Shown piece by piece: positions 20,113-29,400 of a stretch of DNA of 64,000 nucleotides. Both the position numbers and the translations under genes were made by a program. Under the pieces are notes generated by a model. The model saw only the letters and a list, made by a program, of their open reading frames with translations. It was not told the DNA's origin and made no database searches. The stretch's first letter is position 1; each line of letters begins with the position of its first letter. Location of the stretch: the IMG/VR virus record IMGVR_UViG_3300033049_000066, positions 229,279 through 293,278 of that record. One strand, 5' to 3'.

Positions 20113-21306
20113 ATGTCACAAGCACTATTAGAAAACCGTTGGGGTGAGACCAAAGAAGCATTGCTTGAAGGTCTTGACGGAACGAAACGTTCATCAATGA
20201 GCGTTATCTTAGAAAATACCCGTAACCACTTAGCAGAATCTGCTTCAAGTGGCGCTACTGCCGCTGGTAACGTTGCAACATTAAACCGTGTTATTTTACC
20301 AGTTATTCGACGTGTTATGCCTACCGTTATTGCTAACGAATTAGTAGGTGTTCAACCAATGAGTGGACCTGTTTCACAGATTCACACACTTCGCGTTCGT
20401 TACGGTGAAACATTAACTGACGGTTCTGCCGCAGCTACTAACGTTGCACCAGGTGATGAAGCTTTATCACCATTCAAAATTGCTCAGGCTTACTCAGCTG
20501 GTAATGGCGCAGCATCACAAGCTAACTATACAGCAGCAGCAACAGCTGGAATGGAAGGCACAGGTGGACGTTCAATAAGCGTACAGATCCTGAAGCAGGC
20601 AGTTGAAGCTAAAACTCGTAAGTTACAAGCACGTTGGACTTTCGAATCAGCACAAGACGCACAGTCTATGCATGGCATCGACGTAGAAGCAGAAATCATG
20701 GCAGCATTAGCGCAAGAAATTACCGCTGAAATTGACCAAGAAATTCTTCTTTCTTTACGTTCACTTGCTAGCACAGAAGAAACTTACAACCAGGCAGCAG
20801 TGTCAGGTACAGCTACATTTGTAGGTGACGAACACGCGGCTCTTGCAGTATTGATCAATCGTACTGCTAATAAGATCGCTCAGCGTACACGTCGTGGTGC
20901 AGGTAACTATGCAGTTGTTTCACCAGCAGCATTAACAGTACTTCAATCAGCTACTACCTCTGCTTTTGCACGTACAACTGAAGGTACTTTTGAAGCACCT
21001 ACAAACACTAAGTTTGTTGGTACTCTTAACTCAGCAATGAAAGTTTACGTTGACAGCTATGCTGCTGACAGTTCGCCAGTACTTGTTGGTTATAAAGGTT
21101 CAAGTGAATCAGACGCACCAGCGTTCTATTGTCCTTACATACCTTTAATGAGTTCAGGTGTTGTACTTGATCCAAGTACGTTTGAACCAGTTGTTAGCTT
21201 CATGACCAGATATGGTTATGTTGAGCTTACAAATACTGCTTCATCTTTCGGCAACGCTGGAGATTATCTCGGAGAAGTGGCCATTTCTAACCTTAGCTTC
21301 CAGTAA
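20113..21306 (+). CDS. gp23: Major capsid protein
   Basis: GVQPMSGP, KTRKLQARWT.E.AQD, EIDQEI, FYCPYIPL, MTRYG. Confidence 0.97.
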   Translation: MSQALLENRWGETKEALLEGLDGTKRSSMSVILENTRNHLAESASSGATAAGNVATLNRVILPVIRRVMPTVIANELVGVQPMSGPVSQIHTLRVRYGETLTDGSAAATNVAPGDEALSPFKIAQAYSAGNGAASQANYTAAATAGMEGTGGRSISVQILKQAVEAKTRKLQARWTFESAQDAQSMHGIDVEAEIMAALAQEITAEIDQEILLSLRSLASTEETYNQAAVSGTATFVGDEHAALAVLINRTANKIAQRTRRGAGNYAVVSPAALTVLQSATTSAFARTTEGTFEAPTNTKFVGTLNSAMKVYVDSYAADSSPVLVGYKGSSESDAPAFYCPYIPLMSSGVVLDPSTFEPVVSFMTRYGYVELTNTASSFGNAGDYLGEVAISNLSFQ

Positions 21307-21348
21307 GCTAACAAAGAAATAAAACTTTACTTAGGTAAATGTTAAATT

Positions 21349-21377
21349 AAAATACGCTCTTCGGAGCGTATTTTTTT
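21349..21377 (+). terminator. Rho-independent terminator after gp23
   Basis: AAAATACGCTC-TTCG-GAGCGTATTTTTTT. Confidence 0.92.
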
Positions 21378-21442
21378 GGCTAGTAAAAGGTTGACTTTAT
21401 GTCGTACTTGTGATAACATGAATATAAAAGTGAAATACTACT

Positions 21443-22040
21443 ATGCAACCTTATACATACATACTTACTAAAACATATACCAACTAACACCTTTTACTAT
21501 GGTGTACGTTATCAAAACGTCAAGAAGAAAATTCCCATTGCTAAAGATTTGTGGGTAAAGTATTTTACAAGTAGTCCAAAAATCAAAAGTTTAATTACAG
21601 AATACGGTGCCGATAGCTTTGAATTTGAGATCCGCAAAATATTTAAAACCCCTGAGCGAGCTACTGCCTGGGAAGCAAAAGTACTCAAGCGGATGAAAGT
21701 GTTAGAAAACAGAAAATGGATTAACGCAAATATCGCCGGGCACATTATGCCTACAGCTGAATCAAATAAGAAGATAAGTGACTTTCACAAAGGAAAGCCA
21801 AAATCCGCAGAACACAGACGTAAGATTAGCGAATCTGTAACAGGAACAACAAAACCGCCTCGGCATGAATGGTTGCAGAATCGCCCCGCTGAACTCATCA
21901 TTGCGCTAATAACCGCCCTTCAAAAAGATAAATTAACATGCTGGAATTTAATAAAAGATCCTGATATCCGGAAACAAAAAGCCTTCGAACACGAAATGGG
22001 CCGGTGTCAGCTGATGGTTGATCGTCTGCAAAAAATATAA
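21443..22040 (+). pseudogene. Frameshifted GIY-YIG homing endonuclease
   Basis: Removing one ATAC from the (ATAC)3 run restores MQPYTYLLKHIPTNTFYYGVR...YFTSS. NUMOD3-like KSAEHRRKISES. Confidence 0.75.
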
Positions 22041-22124
22041 TGTCTGTCCTAGGTGAAATAGCTCGATGCAATGCTGCCGAAGCCGAGCCTAGCAATCCTA
22101 TCACCATCAATGATTCTTATCGAT

Positions 22125-22328
22125 TCACCTCGCTTGCAATCCAATCCAGATGATCACCGTGTCGAAGGCGGCCTCTGCCTCTGGTGACGCCTCTGAGAAA
22201 ATCTTGTCACCTAAGATGTAATTATAATTCGCAAAATCAAGCTGCTTGAAATTCGTCGGGATATTGAGCAACGGACGCCACCTCTTGCCGGCATACCACG
22301 TATCTTTCTTGGCCTTCCTCTGTATCAT
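22125..22328 (-). CDS. Small hypothetical protein (67 aa)
   Basis: ATGA-coupled to the upstream ORF; ends IIWIGLQAR. Confidence 0.6.
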   Translation of the reverse strand: MIQRKAKKDTWYAGKRWRPLLNIPTNFKQLDFANYNYILGDKIFSEASPEAEAAFDTVIIWIGLQAR

Positions 22329-22516
22329 TTGTTGAGCTCCTCCCAGACCCTTGCACCTGCAAAGGCAGTGCAAAAATCTTCACTCCACGCAGTGTACAGA
22401 ACATCATCAATTTTAAAATTGAGGTGATTAAAATCTGTGATCCTTGGTAAAAAGTACCGAGGAACCGGCGTCCAGTAATTTGGACTACCATTGTCAATGT
22501 TTATATAATATATCAT
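22325..22516 (-). CDS. Small hypothetical protein (63 aa)
   Basis: Downstream of a TTGACT-17-TATACT promoter (22615-22643); ends VWEELNK. Confidence 0.6.
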   Translation of the reverse strand: MIYYINIDNGSPNYWTPVPRYFLPRITDFNHLNFKIDDVLYTAWSEDFCTAFAGARVWEELNK

Positions 22517-22796
22517 ATTTTTACCACTAGCATCCTATGTCCAATTACCCGAGCTCTGCTCGGTTGCCTTCTAAGAAGGCAAGGCGTGTAATCGTTCTAC
22601 GCTTGCATAGTATGAGTATAACAGGTAAAATCGCAAAAGTCAATGATATTTCTGTATTTAGAGCAAATTACTCTAAATGGTTGCGAACTTACTATAAATA
22701 AGTTAAGCTAGTGCTGTAAACAGACACAGCAAGAAGCGCGAAATTATGAAAGATAAAGCATCCGATAAAATATGGAATAATCTTAAAAAAGAATAC

Positions 22797-22825
22797 TTGA
22801 CCATTGAGCAAAAAAAAGCTATAAT
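22797..22825 (+). promoter_or_regulatory. sigma70-type promoter
   Basis: TTGACC-17 nt-TATAAT. Confidence 0.7.
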
Positions 22826-22913
22826 ACAAGAACATTATATGCATATTGCTAATGATTCTATAGCAGCGGTACGTATTTTTCTTAAGACTCAAAAATAAGA
22901 TAACGGTTTAAAA

Positions 22914-24088
22914 ATGTTAACATCATACCAGGAAAAAGTTAAGTTACTAATGATATTAAAGTACGGCAGCTTAGAGCTAGCCTTTTTATCTGACGCTAAA
23001 TTTGATAAAACTGAAACCATTATTCTTAGGGACTATTTGTCAATTAAGGTACATCAGAGCAACTCCAAGATATATTACCCGGAAGAAAACAATGAGTGAA
23101 ACCGAGACATTCATGATATTAAAATACGGCAGCATTGCCGAAGCCTTTCGCGAGTACATTTGTCTAACCGAAGACGAAAAAAAGCTAATTCCGACGGACG
23201 AATATGAAATACTAATGGAATATGAATACGAATTGCACCCATTTAACTCCACGCCATTTGAGCCAAAATGAATACACAGACCTTCCTCGCCCTTAAATTT
23301 GGTAGCCTGTTTCGAGCATATCGATATTGGCTTGGAGATGTGAGATTGCGTACAACAATCGATCTCACTGCGGAACAACATTCAATCATGAACATCTATT
23401 TCGAGGACCTTAGCGTCAGCGAAAGAATACGACTTTATAGAAGAGACTGGAAAACCTAATGCAAACGTTTAACTACTACCGAACAAAATTGTACCTGCGC
23501 ATCACCTATGGAAGCGAAGAGGACATTCAAGAAGCAGGTAAGAACCACGAGGACGAGTCCAAGCGGACCCTAATCGCCACCTTCCTAGCCGAGGCCGCTA
23601 AACGAAATGACAGCATCAAATTCTCAAGAAAACGTTAAATTATTTCTGATCCTCCGTCACGGCTCAGTTCAGTCAGCATTCATAAAATGGATGATATACG
23701 AAGACCTTGACCTCTTTAGTAAGGAAGAAAACGCCCTGCTTGAAGCACTTTTTGCGGACTACTATCCAAATTTACTTCGCGCAAAAAATCCCATGCTTCA
23801 AAAACAGAATCAAAAAGAGGTTGACAAATGACAAAACGTATGCTAAAATATAAGCTTAACAACGCTCTCAAAAGAAGCAGACTATTCTCAACCAATTCAA
23901 CCTCTAGGATGAAAATAATGACACTAGAACAAGACCATCTTATTACACTGCTGCGCATAAAATATGGTGATATCGACGTCGTAACTGGTATGTGGTTGTA
24001 TAATGATCCGGAACTTAGTCCTGAAGAACTCGCGGCAGTTGATGCTTGGCTAAATTCCGATGAAAAAGAGGTTGACATCTTGGGCTAG
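22914..24088 (+). CDS. Tandem family of six small proteins (22914-23099, 23092-23271, 23268-23459, 23459-23638, 23607-23831, ~23918-24088)
   Basis: Overlapping start/stop coupling; shared N-terminal motif ILKYGS/ALKFGS/RITYGS/ILRHGS/RIKYGD. Confidence 0.75.
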
Positions 24089-24138
24089 TTGTCGTATAAT
24101 ATATATATAACAGTTAGATAACGAGCAAAGGTATAGAT
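24072..24138 (+). promoter_or_regulatory. Early promoter plus conserved leader
   Basis: TTGACA-17-TATAAT then ATAACAGTTAGATAAC, the same leader as the four repeats at 39.7-41.8 kb. Confidence 0.85.
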
Positions 24139-24450
24139 ATGTCAGCAAGTAAAACTATTATTAAAGAACTCCGGAAAGAAATCAGGGAATTATCAAATAA
24201 ACTCGAGGATTCGGAGAAGCATTTAGTTAGGCAAAAGCGACATATTCAAAGAATGGAGACTGCACATCTCGTAAAACTGTCGGATCTAAATTCACGAACA
24301 AATATCATAGCAAGTCGCCTGCGTTATAACTTTTCAAAAGAACTGACTTGGATGGCACTAGTCGATGACGGAGAATCGGTCTTCAGGATAATTCAAGAGG
24401 TTATTACTCAGCTTCGCGATACAGCTCATCCAAGCCAAGTTAACAGATAG
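24139..24450 (+). CDS. Hypothetical coiled-coil protein
   Basis: ORF directly behind an early promoter and RBS. Confidence 0.7.
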   Translation: MSASKTIIKELRKEIRELSNKLEDSEKHLVRQKRHIQRMETAHLVKLSDLNSRTNIIASRLRYNFSKELTWMALVDDGESVFRIIQEVITQLRDTAHPSQVNR

Positions 24451-24456
24451 AATTCG

Positions 24457-24565
24457 AACAACAAACAACAAACAACAAACAACAACAAACAACAAACAAC
24501 AACAAACAACAAACAACAACAAACAACAACAAACAACAACAAACAACAACAAACAACAACAAACA
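24457..24565 (+). repeat. A/C-only simple repeat (AAACAAC and AAACAACAAC units)
   Basis: About 109 nt with no G or T, intergenic. Confidence 0.97.
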
Positions 24566-24571
24566 TATATT

Positions 24572-26464
24572 ATGAAGTCAATACCAAAGTTCGAAAACCT
24601 AAATAAAGGTGGGGTACCGCTCGGGACATTATCTGTCTTTTCGTCCGACACTATATCATCAAAACCTCTAAGTAGCAAAGATCTCGTATGGGATCGATTG
24701 CAAAACGGAATCACACCAAAACCGGACTGGTCAGCAATAAGTATGACCCAGGCAATGTCCCGATTAAATCAGGCAATGCGAAAAGCTAAACCCACAGTGG
24801 AATTTTTTGTCAAAAAATCGCGTGACTACGAGCAAAATGGGATTGCTGATGATTGAATGAACACAGATTACAAAAAGTTGGAATCACCATATCCGAGTAA
24901 ATACTATAACCATTGAATACGTAGAATAGAATTATGATATTACCAAAGAAATTGTTTGAGAAAATAGAATTTTTTGAACACTCAATTGACCAGAGCTGCG
25001 GCCCTGTTGAAGTCAGTGACAAATTTATCCTACATTTCAGGGACTGGTGGCGCCGGAAAAAAGTGATAAAAATTAATCGTATCATTGAACATTACAACGC
25101 AGATGACGGATCATTTGTTCATAGATCGACACCCGGCGCAGCAGATTTATATAACCAATTAAACGACTGGGCAATATCAACTTTTGAAGAAAAGCTTACT
25201 AGCATATCAAGAAAGTATAAAACTCACAACAATGATAATATAATTGAGTTGAATCCAAAACCGGCCAACTTAGATGATGAGTAAAAGACGTAAGCGTAGA
25301 CAGCGCGGTAAGCGCATCGAAGAGCGAAAACTAGCTCTTAAAGTTTGGGTGAGGCTACAACGGAGACAAGGCCCTTCGGAAATGCCACCAGCCCCGCACT
25401 GGCTTAGACATTTCTCGTCCGTAGCACAAGAGCTTCACACTCTTGTAGTCGATCAGAATTCGTTAGAATATGAAACCACAACACGGGAAATCGCATACCG
25501 ACGAAAGAAAGATACCGCCGCTAAAAAAAGAAGAAGAACATATATTAAAAACGTTTATCTAGCAAAACACAAGCCCGTAATAGAATGAAAGAATCCAAAA
25601 TACAGATAACCCAACGCAAGATACGCAATGCGGTCCGTCGCCACAAAGATCGTGAAGCTGCCGCAGTATGGAAAAAGCTCACAGCATCCGAACCCAGGTC
25701 AATTGAGCATTACTTTAGCGAATTTAATGCTGCGGTCAAGTTGTCTTACAAGACACAACGACAACATCGAGAAAATAACTTATTAAAAACTGCCACGGGC
25801 TTAACAGCTACGACAATATCAACAGATGAGGTCCAAGATGGAAAAAAGTGAGATAATCTACGAGAGCGTGTGCCGCGACGTGATTCAATGCGAGCACTAT
25901 ATCGCGTGGGAATTTTATTCCGAGACGAATGACGATGAACGGTACTACGAATCCAACCTCACCTGTCATTCGTGTCAGCTAGTAGGGCAATCGTACAACA
26001 TAACCGAGTACAATGAATTCTGCCCCAATCAGAAAATTCTCAACAAGTATCACGACCGCCGCGTGATTGAAATCATAGCCCACGAGAAAAAGTGCGCAGA
26101 AGAAAAAATGTGGAAAATACTAAATGAGTAAACTTAGCAAAACTCAAGCAAAAGTTTGGGATCGCTTGATAAATCAGCCAGTCCCACCACGACCAACGTA
26201 CCCAACCGCAGGTACCAAGTACCACAATACAAAAACCAACCGGCTGCACATCTACAATGGCAAACAATGGATAGAGATAACGTGAGTAAGAACCTTAGCA
26301 AAACTCAAGCAAAAGTTTGGGAGAGACTGAACGCCAAGCCCACCTCGCTCGCAGATAAAGAAATTGAGATGATCCGCCGCTACATAAAATCCGACGAAGT
26401 ATTACAGTCCGCGAAGATGACGCTAGACATAGAACTACTCCTGGCAGACCGAAACAAAAATTAA
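24572..26464 (+). CDS. Cluster of small hypothetical proteins (24572-24856, 24934-25284, 25274-25588, 25585-25851, ~25838-26131, 26124-26285, 26282-26464)
   Basis: Mostly coupled ORFs; six of seven carry a (V/M)WxxL motif. Confidence 0.7.
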
Positions 26465-26576
26465 GTACTAATTCAATTTTCTTCATAAATAAGACATACG
26501 CTAGAATAATCTAGTTTATGCGGATCCAACCGCGTAGCCCTTAGAACGGCAATTCTTAAACAAAGGAGAAATTCAA

Positions 26577-27128
26577 ATGGGACGACCAATCAACAAACGA
26601 TACTTGGGTGAGCCAACTGTCACAGGTAACGAAATTAAAGTACAATTTTTCAACGGCACAGCTTCAGTAAATGGCTGGATCGTCAAGCAGCTAGGCGCTA
26701 AAAAGTTTCGCTGCACAGATGGTACAGACACAGCAGATTGTCTGTTAGTTGACAAACTAGCAGCAGCTCTGATAGCTGGTGAAATGTCAATTAGTGTACG
26801 AGACGACAGCGCCGCAGTTAAGCAGATCGTTAAAATCGCTGGACGTAAAGTGACACTTGGGTCAGGCGAAAGCATTCCTTGGGACTTTAGCAGTTCAACA
26901 AGTGACGAACGTGTCGAAGTTGAAGAAGGTGGCGACCAATCAGCTCTGACAATTAGCATTCTTGACGCAACCGCTGGTGTAACGTACGCAATCGCAGTAC
27001 CAGGAACCACAGATTTCACACTACTTGGCGCAGCAGACAGCACAGCAGCAACCGAGTTTGAAATGAATGATGTTACTCCAGAAGGTACCGGAACTGTAAC
27101 AGCAGTCGAAGATACATTCGGTCTATAA
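26577..27128 (+). CDS. Virion structural protein
   Basis: MGRPINKRYLG...WIVKQ.G.KKF; late promoter, strong RBS and own terminator. Confidence 0.7.
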   Translation: MGRPINKRYLGEPTVTGNEIKVQFFNGTASVNGWIVKQLGAKKFRCTDGTDTADCLLVDKLAAALIAGEMSISVRDDSAAVKQIVKIAGRKVTLGSGESIPWDFSSSTSDERVEVEEGGDQSALTISILDATAGVTYAIAVPGTTDFTLLGAADSTAATEFEMNDVTPEGTGTVTAVEDTFGL

Positions 27129-27146
27129 TTTTTAATTAAGTTAGTT

Positions 27147-27170
27147 AAAAAACCCCATCTGGGGTTTTTT
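27147..27170 (+). terminator. Rho-independent terminator
   Basis: AAAAAACCCCA-TC-TGGGGTTTTTT. Confidence 0.8.
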
Positions 27171-27235
27171 AATGACCAAAAACTCTAATTAGGAATATTT
27201 AATTTGGATAAATAACAGTATATGGAGCATAACGA

Positions 27236-28372
27236 ATGAGTTTAAAAAAGCGATTTACAGGTGATCTAACCATCGAGTCAGTGGACTCTGGTAATACCTT
27301 TGTAATGAAAGAAGGTGGCGGAGTTAGCCTAACGGTCAGCACACCTGTTATAGCCGTTACGTCTATGGTTATCGGAACACAATACCGAATTATAACCTTA
27401 GGCACAACAGATTTCACGACACTTGGCTCTTCACTAGTTACCTCTGGTAGTTTTACTGTAGGTGAAGAATATATAATTTCCGTACCCGGGACAACGGATT
27501 TCACGCTCATCGGCGCAGCTGATAGCGTAGCTGGGACAGTGTTCACGGCGACCGGACCAGGCATTGGTGATGGCACCGCACTTGAGACAGTGTTCACAGC
27601 AACCGCAGTAGGAGCAGGCACAGGCACAGTTAAGTCAATTGTTGCAGTAGTTATAGATGGAGACTTAACAGTCCTTGGTACATCGACGTCAATCCAGTCA
27701 GTTAACACTGATATCGTCGACAATACAATAATATTGAACTCTGGAGAAACTGGACCTGGCGTATCCGCCGGTACCGCAGGCATAGAAATTGATCGAGGTG
27801 ATGGTATATCAGCAGGAGAAACCCCAGCTGGTTTGCGCTTTAACGAAGGATCAGACAGATGGGAACTAAATAATGGTGATGGAACCTGGGATGAAATTGA
27901 TTCCGGCGCAGCAGGATTTAATCTCGTTAGTGACTTATCACCCCAGCTTGGTGGCGACTTAGATGTCAACGGTTCTGCAATTACAAATGATAGCGGACCA
28001 GTAAACATTACAACAACTACGTCCGGCGATATAAATTTAACGTCAGTGGACGCGGCTGTAATAACAGGAACAACCGCAACGACAGTCACGTCACCGGGAC
28101 TAACAACATTGAGCTCGTCAGCTGCCGATATTGAAATTACCGCAGCAACCGAGCTTACATTCGCCGCTGGTACATTTTTAAAAGTTGATCACAACTTGTC
28201 GATGCTAATCGAGTCAATACCGGCAGTGAATCCAGGACTATTACCAAATTATAATACACTATCGGCAGGCGTAGTAGGCCCGGGCGGATCAGGATTATAT
28301 TTTGTAAATAATACAATAACAGACGAACTAGTTTCAAAGAAACGAGCTATAGCATATAGCATAATATTTTAA
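27236..28372 (+). CDS. Tail fibre/structural protein
   Basis: IDGDLTVLG, DNTIILNSGETG, AGIEIDRG and DLSPQLGGDLDVNG motifs; Thr/Gly-rich. Confidence 0.8.
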   Translation: MSLKKRFTGDLTIESVDSGNTFVMKEGGGVSLTVSTPVIAVTSMVIGTQYRIITLGTTDFTTLGSSLVTSGSFTVGEEYIISVPGTTDFTLIGAADSVAGTVFTATGPGIGDGTALETVFTATAVGAGTGTVKSIVAVVIDGDLTVLGTSTSIQSVNTDIVDNTIILNSGETGPGVSAGTAGIEIDRGDGISAGETPAGLRFNEGSDRWELNNGDGTWDEIDSGAAGFNLVSDLSPQLGGDLDVNGSAITNDSGPVNITTTTSGDINLTSVDAAVITGTTATTVTSPGLTTLSSSAADIEITAATELTFAAGTFLKVDHNLSMLIESIPAVNPGLLPNYNTLSAGVVGPGGSGLYFVNNTITDELVSKKRAIAYSIIF

Positions 28373-28383
28373 AGGGTTAATAC

Positions 28384-29004
28384 ATGGCAATTCAAACATC
28401 AACAGTCGGGCTAACAGTGTCGACAGTAACTTATACAAGCACAAATGAGACTGCAATAACGTTCATGTCTCTTTGTAATTTTAGCGGGGTACCAGTAACA
28501 GTTGATATTCACATTGTGCCATCTGGTGGGATTAGCAACAATGCGAATAAAATAATTAGCTCACTTGAGATTGCGTCCGACGACACCTATATTATGTATG
28601 AAGGCAATGAAAAATTAGTACTTGGGAATAGCGACGGAGTGGTGGTTGTGGCACCAGGTGCAATCGCTGACCCAATCGCAGTAACAGCAATATCCGCAAA
28701 CGGAGAGTACCAAATTGTGACACTTGGCTCCACAAATTACATTGCGATCGGAGCCACGCAGATTACTACAACTAATTTTGTCCCTGGGACCGTGTATATA
28801 ATTGACGCAGTAGGCGACACAGATTTCACACTTATTGGAGCCGGTAGCAACTCGGTTGGTGAAGTATTCACTGCGACAGGAATAGGCGATGGCACAACCG
28901 GCACCGCACTTGAAGCCGTGTTTACAGCAAGTGCGGCTGGCACAGGAACTGGCACAGTAAGAGCGGCACTGGTTACCGTAGTGACGAGTTACATAGAGGT
29001 TTAA
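28384..29004 (+). CDS. Tail fibre-associated structural protein
   Basis: AIT.MSLCN...EKLVL..D type beta-sandwich with an inserted repeat module. Confidence 0.7.
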   Translation: MAIQTSTVGLTVSTVTYTSTNETAITFMSLCNFSGVPVTVDIHIVPSGGISNNANKIISSLEIASDDTYIMYEGNEKLVLGNSDGVVVVAPGAIADPIAVTAISANGEYQIVTLGSTNYIAIGATQITTTNFVPGTVYIIDAVGDTDFTLIGAGSNSVGEVFTATGIGDGTTGTALEAVFTASAAGTGTGTVRAALVTVVTSYIEV

Positions 29005-29005
29005 C

Positions 29006-29383
29006 ATGGGATATTTTATTAAACAATCCGGTGATGTTACTTATAATCCAGGAACTAACAACATGGAATATAATAACGGCACGGATAATGTAGTAATTGC
29101 CAAAACTGGTGCAGTGCCGCCGGTGGTAGACACATTTCTGACCGCAGGTGCCAGCGCAGGCCCGTACTCAATCACTGTTGACTACACCACCGGCATCTAC
29201 GCAACCGATTCAAATAACCCAGCGTACATGCTTGTTTTTATTGACAGCGTGTACCAAGAACCGACAAATGCGTACACTGTAACCGGTAACACAATTACAT
29301 TTACATCGACTCCGTCAGATGGATTAACTGTTACAGTTTTACATGGAATGTATAGCACAGATGTTCCGAACGCAAATTTATAA
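29006..29383 (+). CDS. Structural protein
   Basis: VFIDSVYQEP..AYTV.G.TITFTSTP motif, typical of T4-like fibre/baseplate repeats. Confidence 0.7.
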   Translation: MGYFIKQSGDVTYNPGTNNMEYNNGTDNVVIAKTGAVPPVVDTFLTAGASAGPYSITVDYTTGIYATDSNNPAYMLVFIDSVYQEPTNAYTVTGNTITFTSTPSDGLTVTVLHGMYSTDVPNANL

Positions 29384-29400
29384 ATGAGGAATAACAAATA

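Noticed and set aside
22692-22892. 66-aa hydrophobic minus-strand ORF
   Set aside because: Lies in an AT-rich divergent promoter region with no RBS.
23812-24088. Shared C-terminal KEVD peptide in two ORFs
   Set aside because: By-product of the overlapping promoter sequence AAAGAGGTTGACA.
26156-26464. 102-aa ORF as given in the track
   Set aside because: Better explained by two coupled genes, 26124-26285 and 26282-26464.
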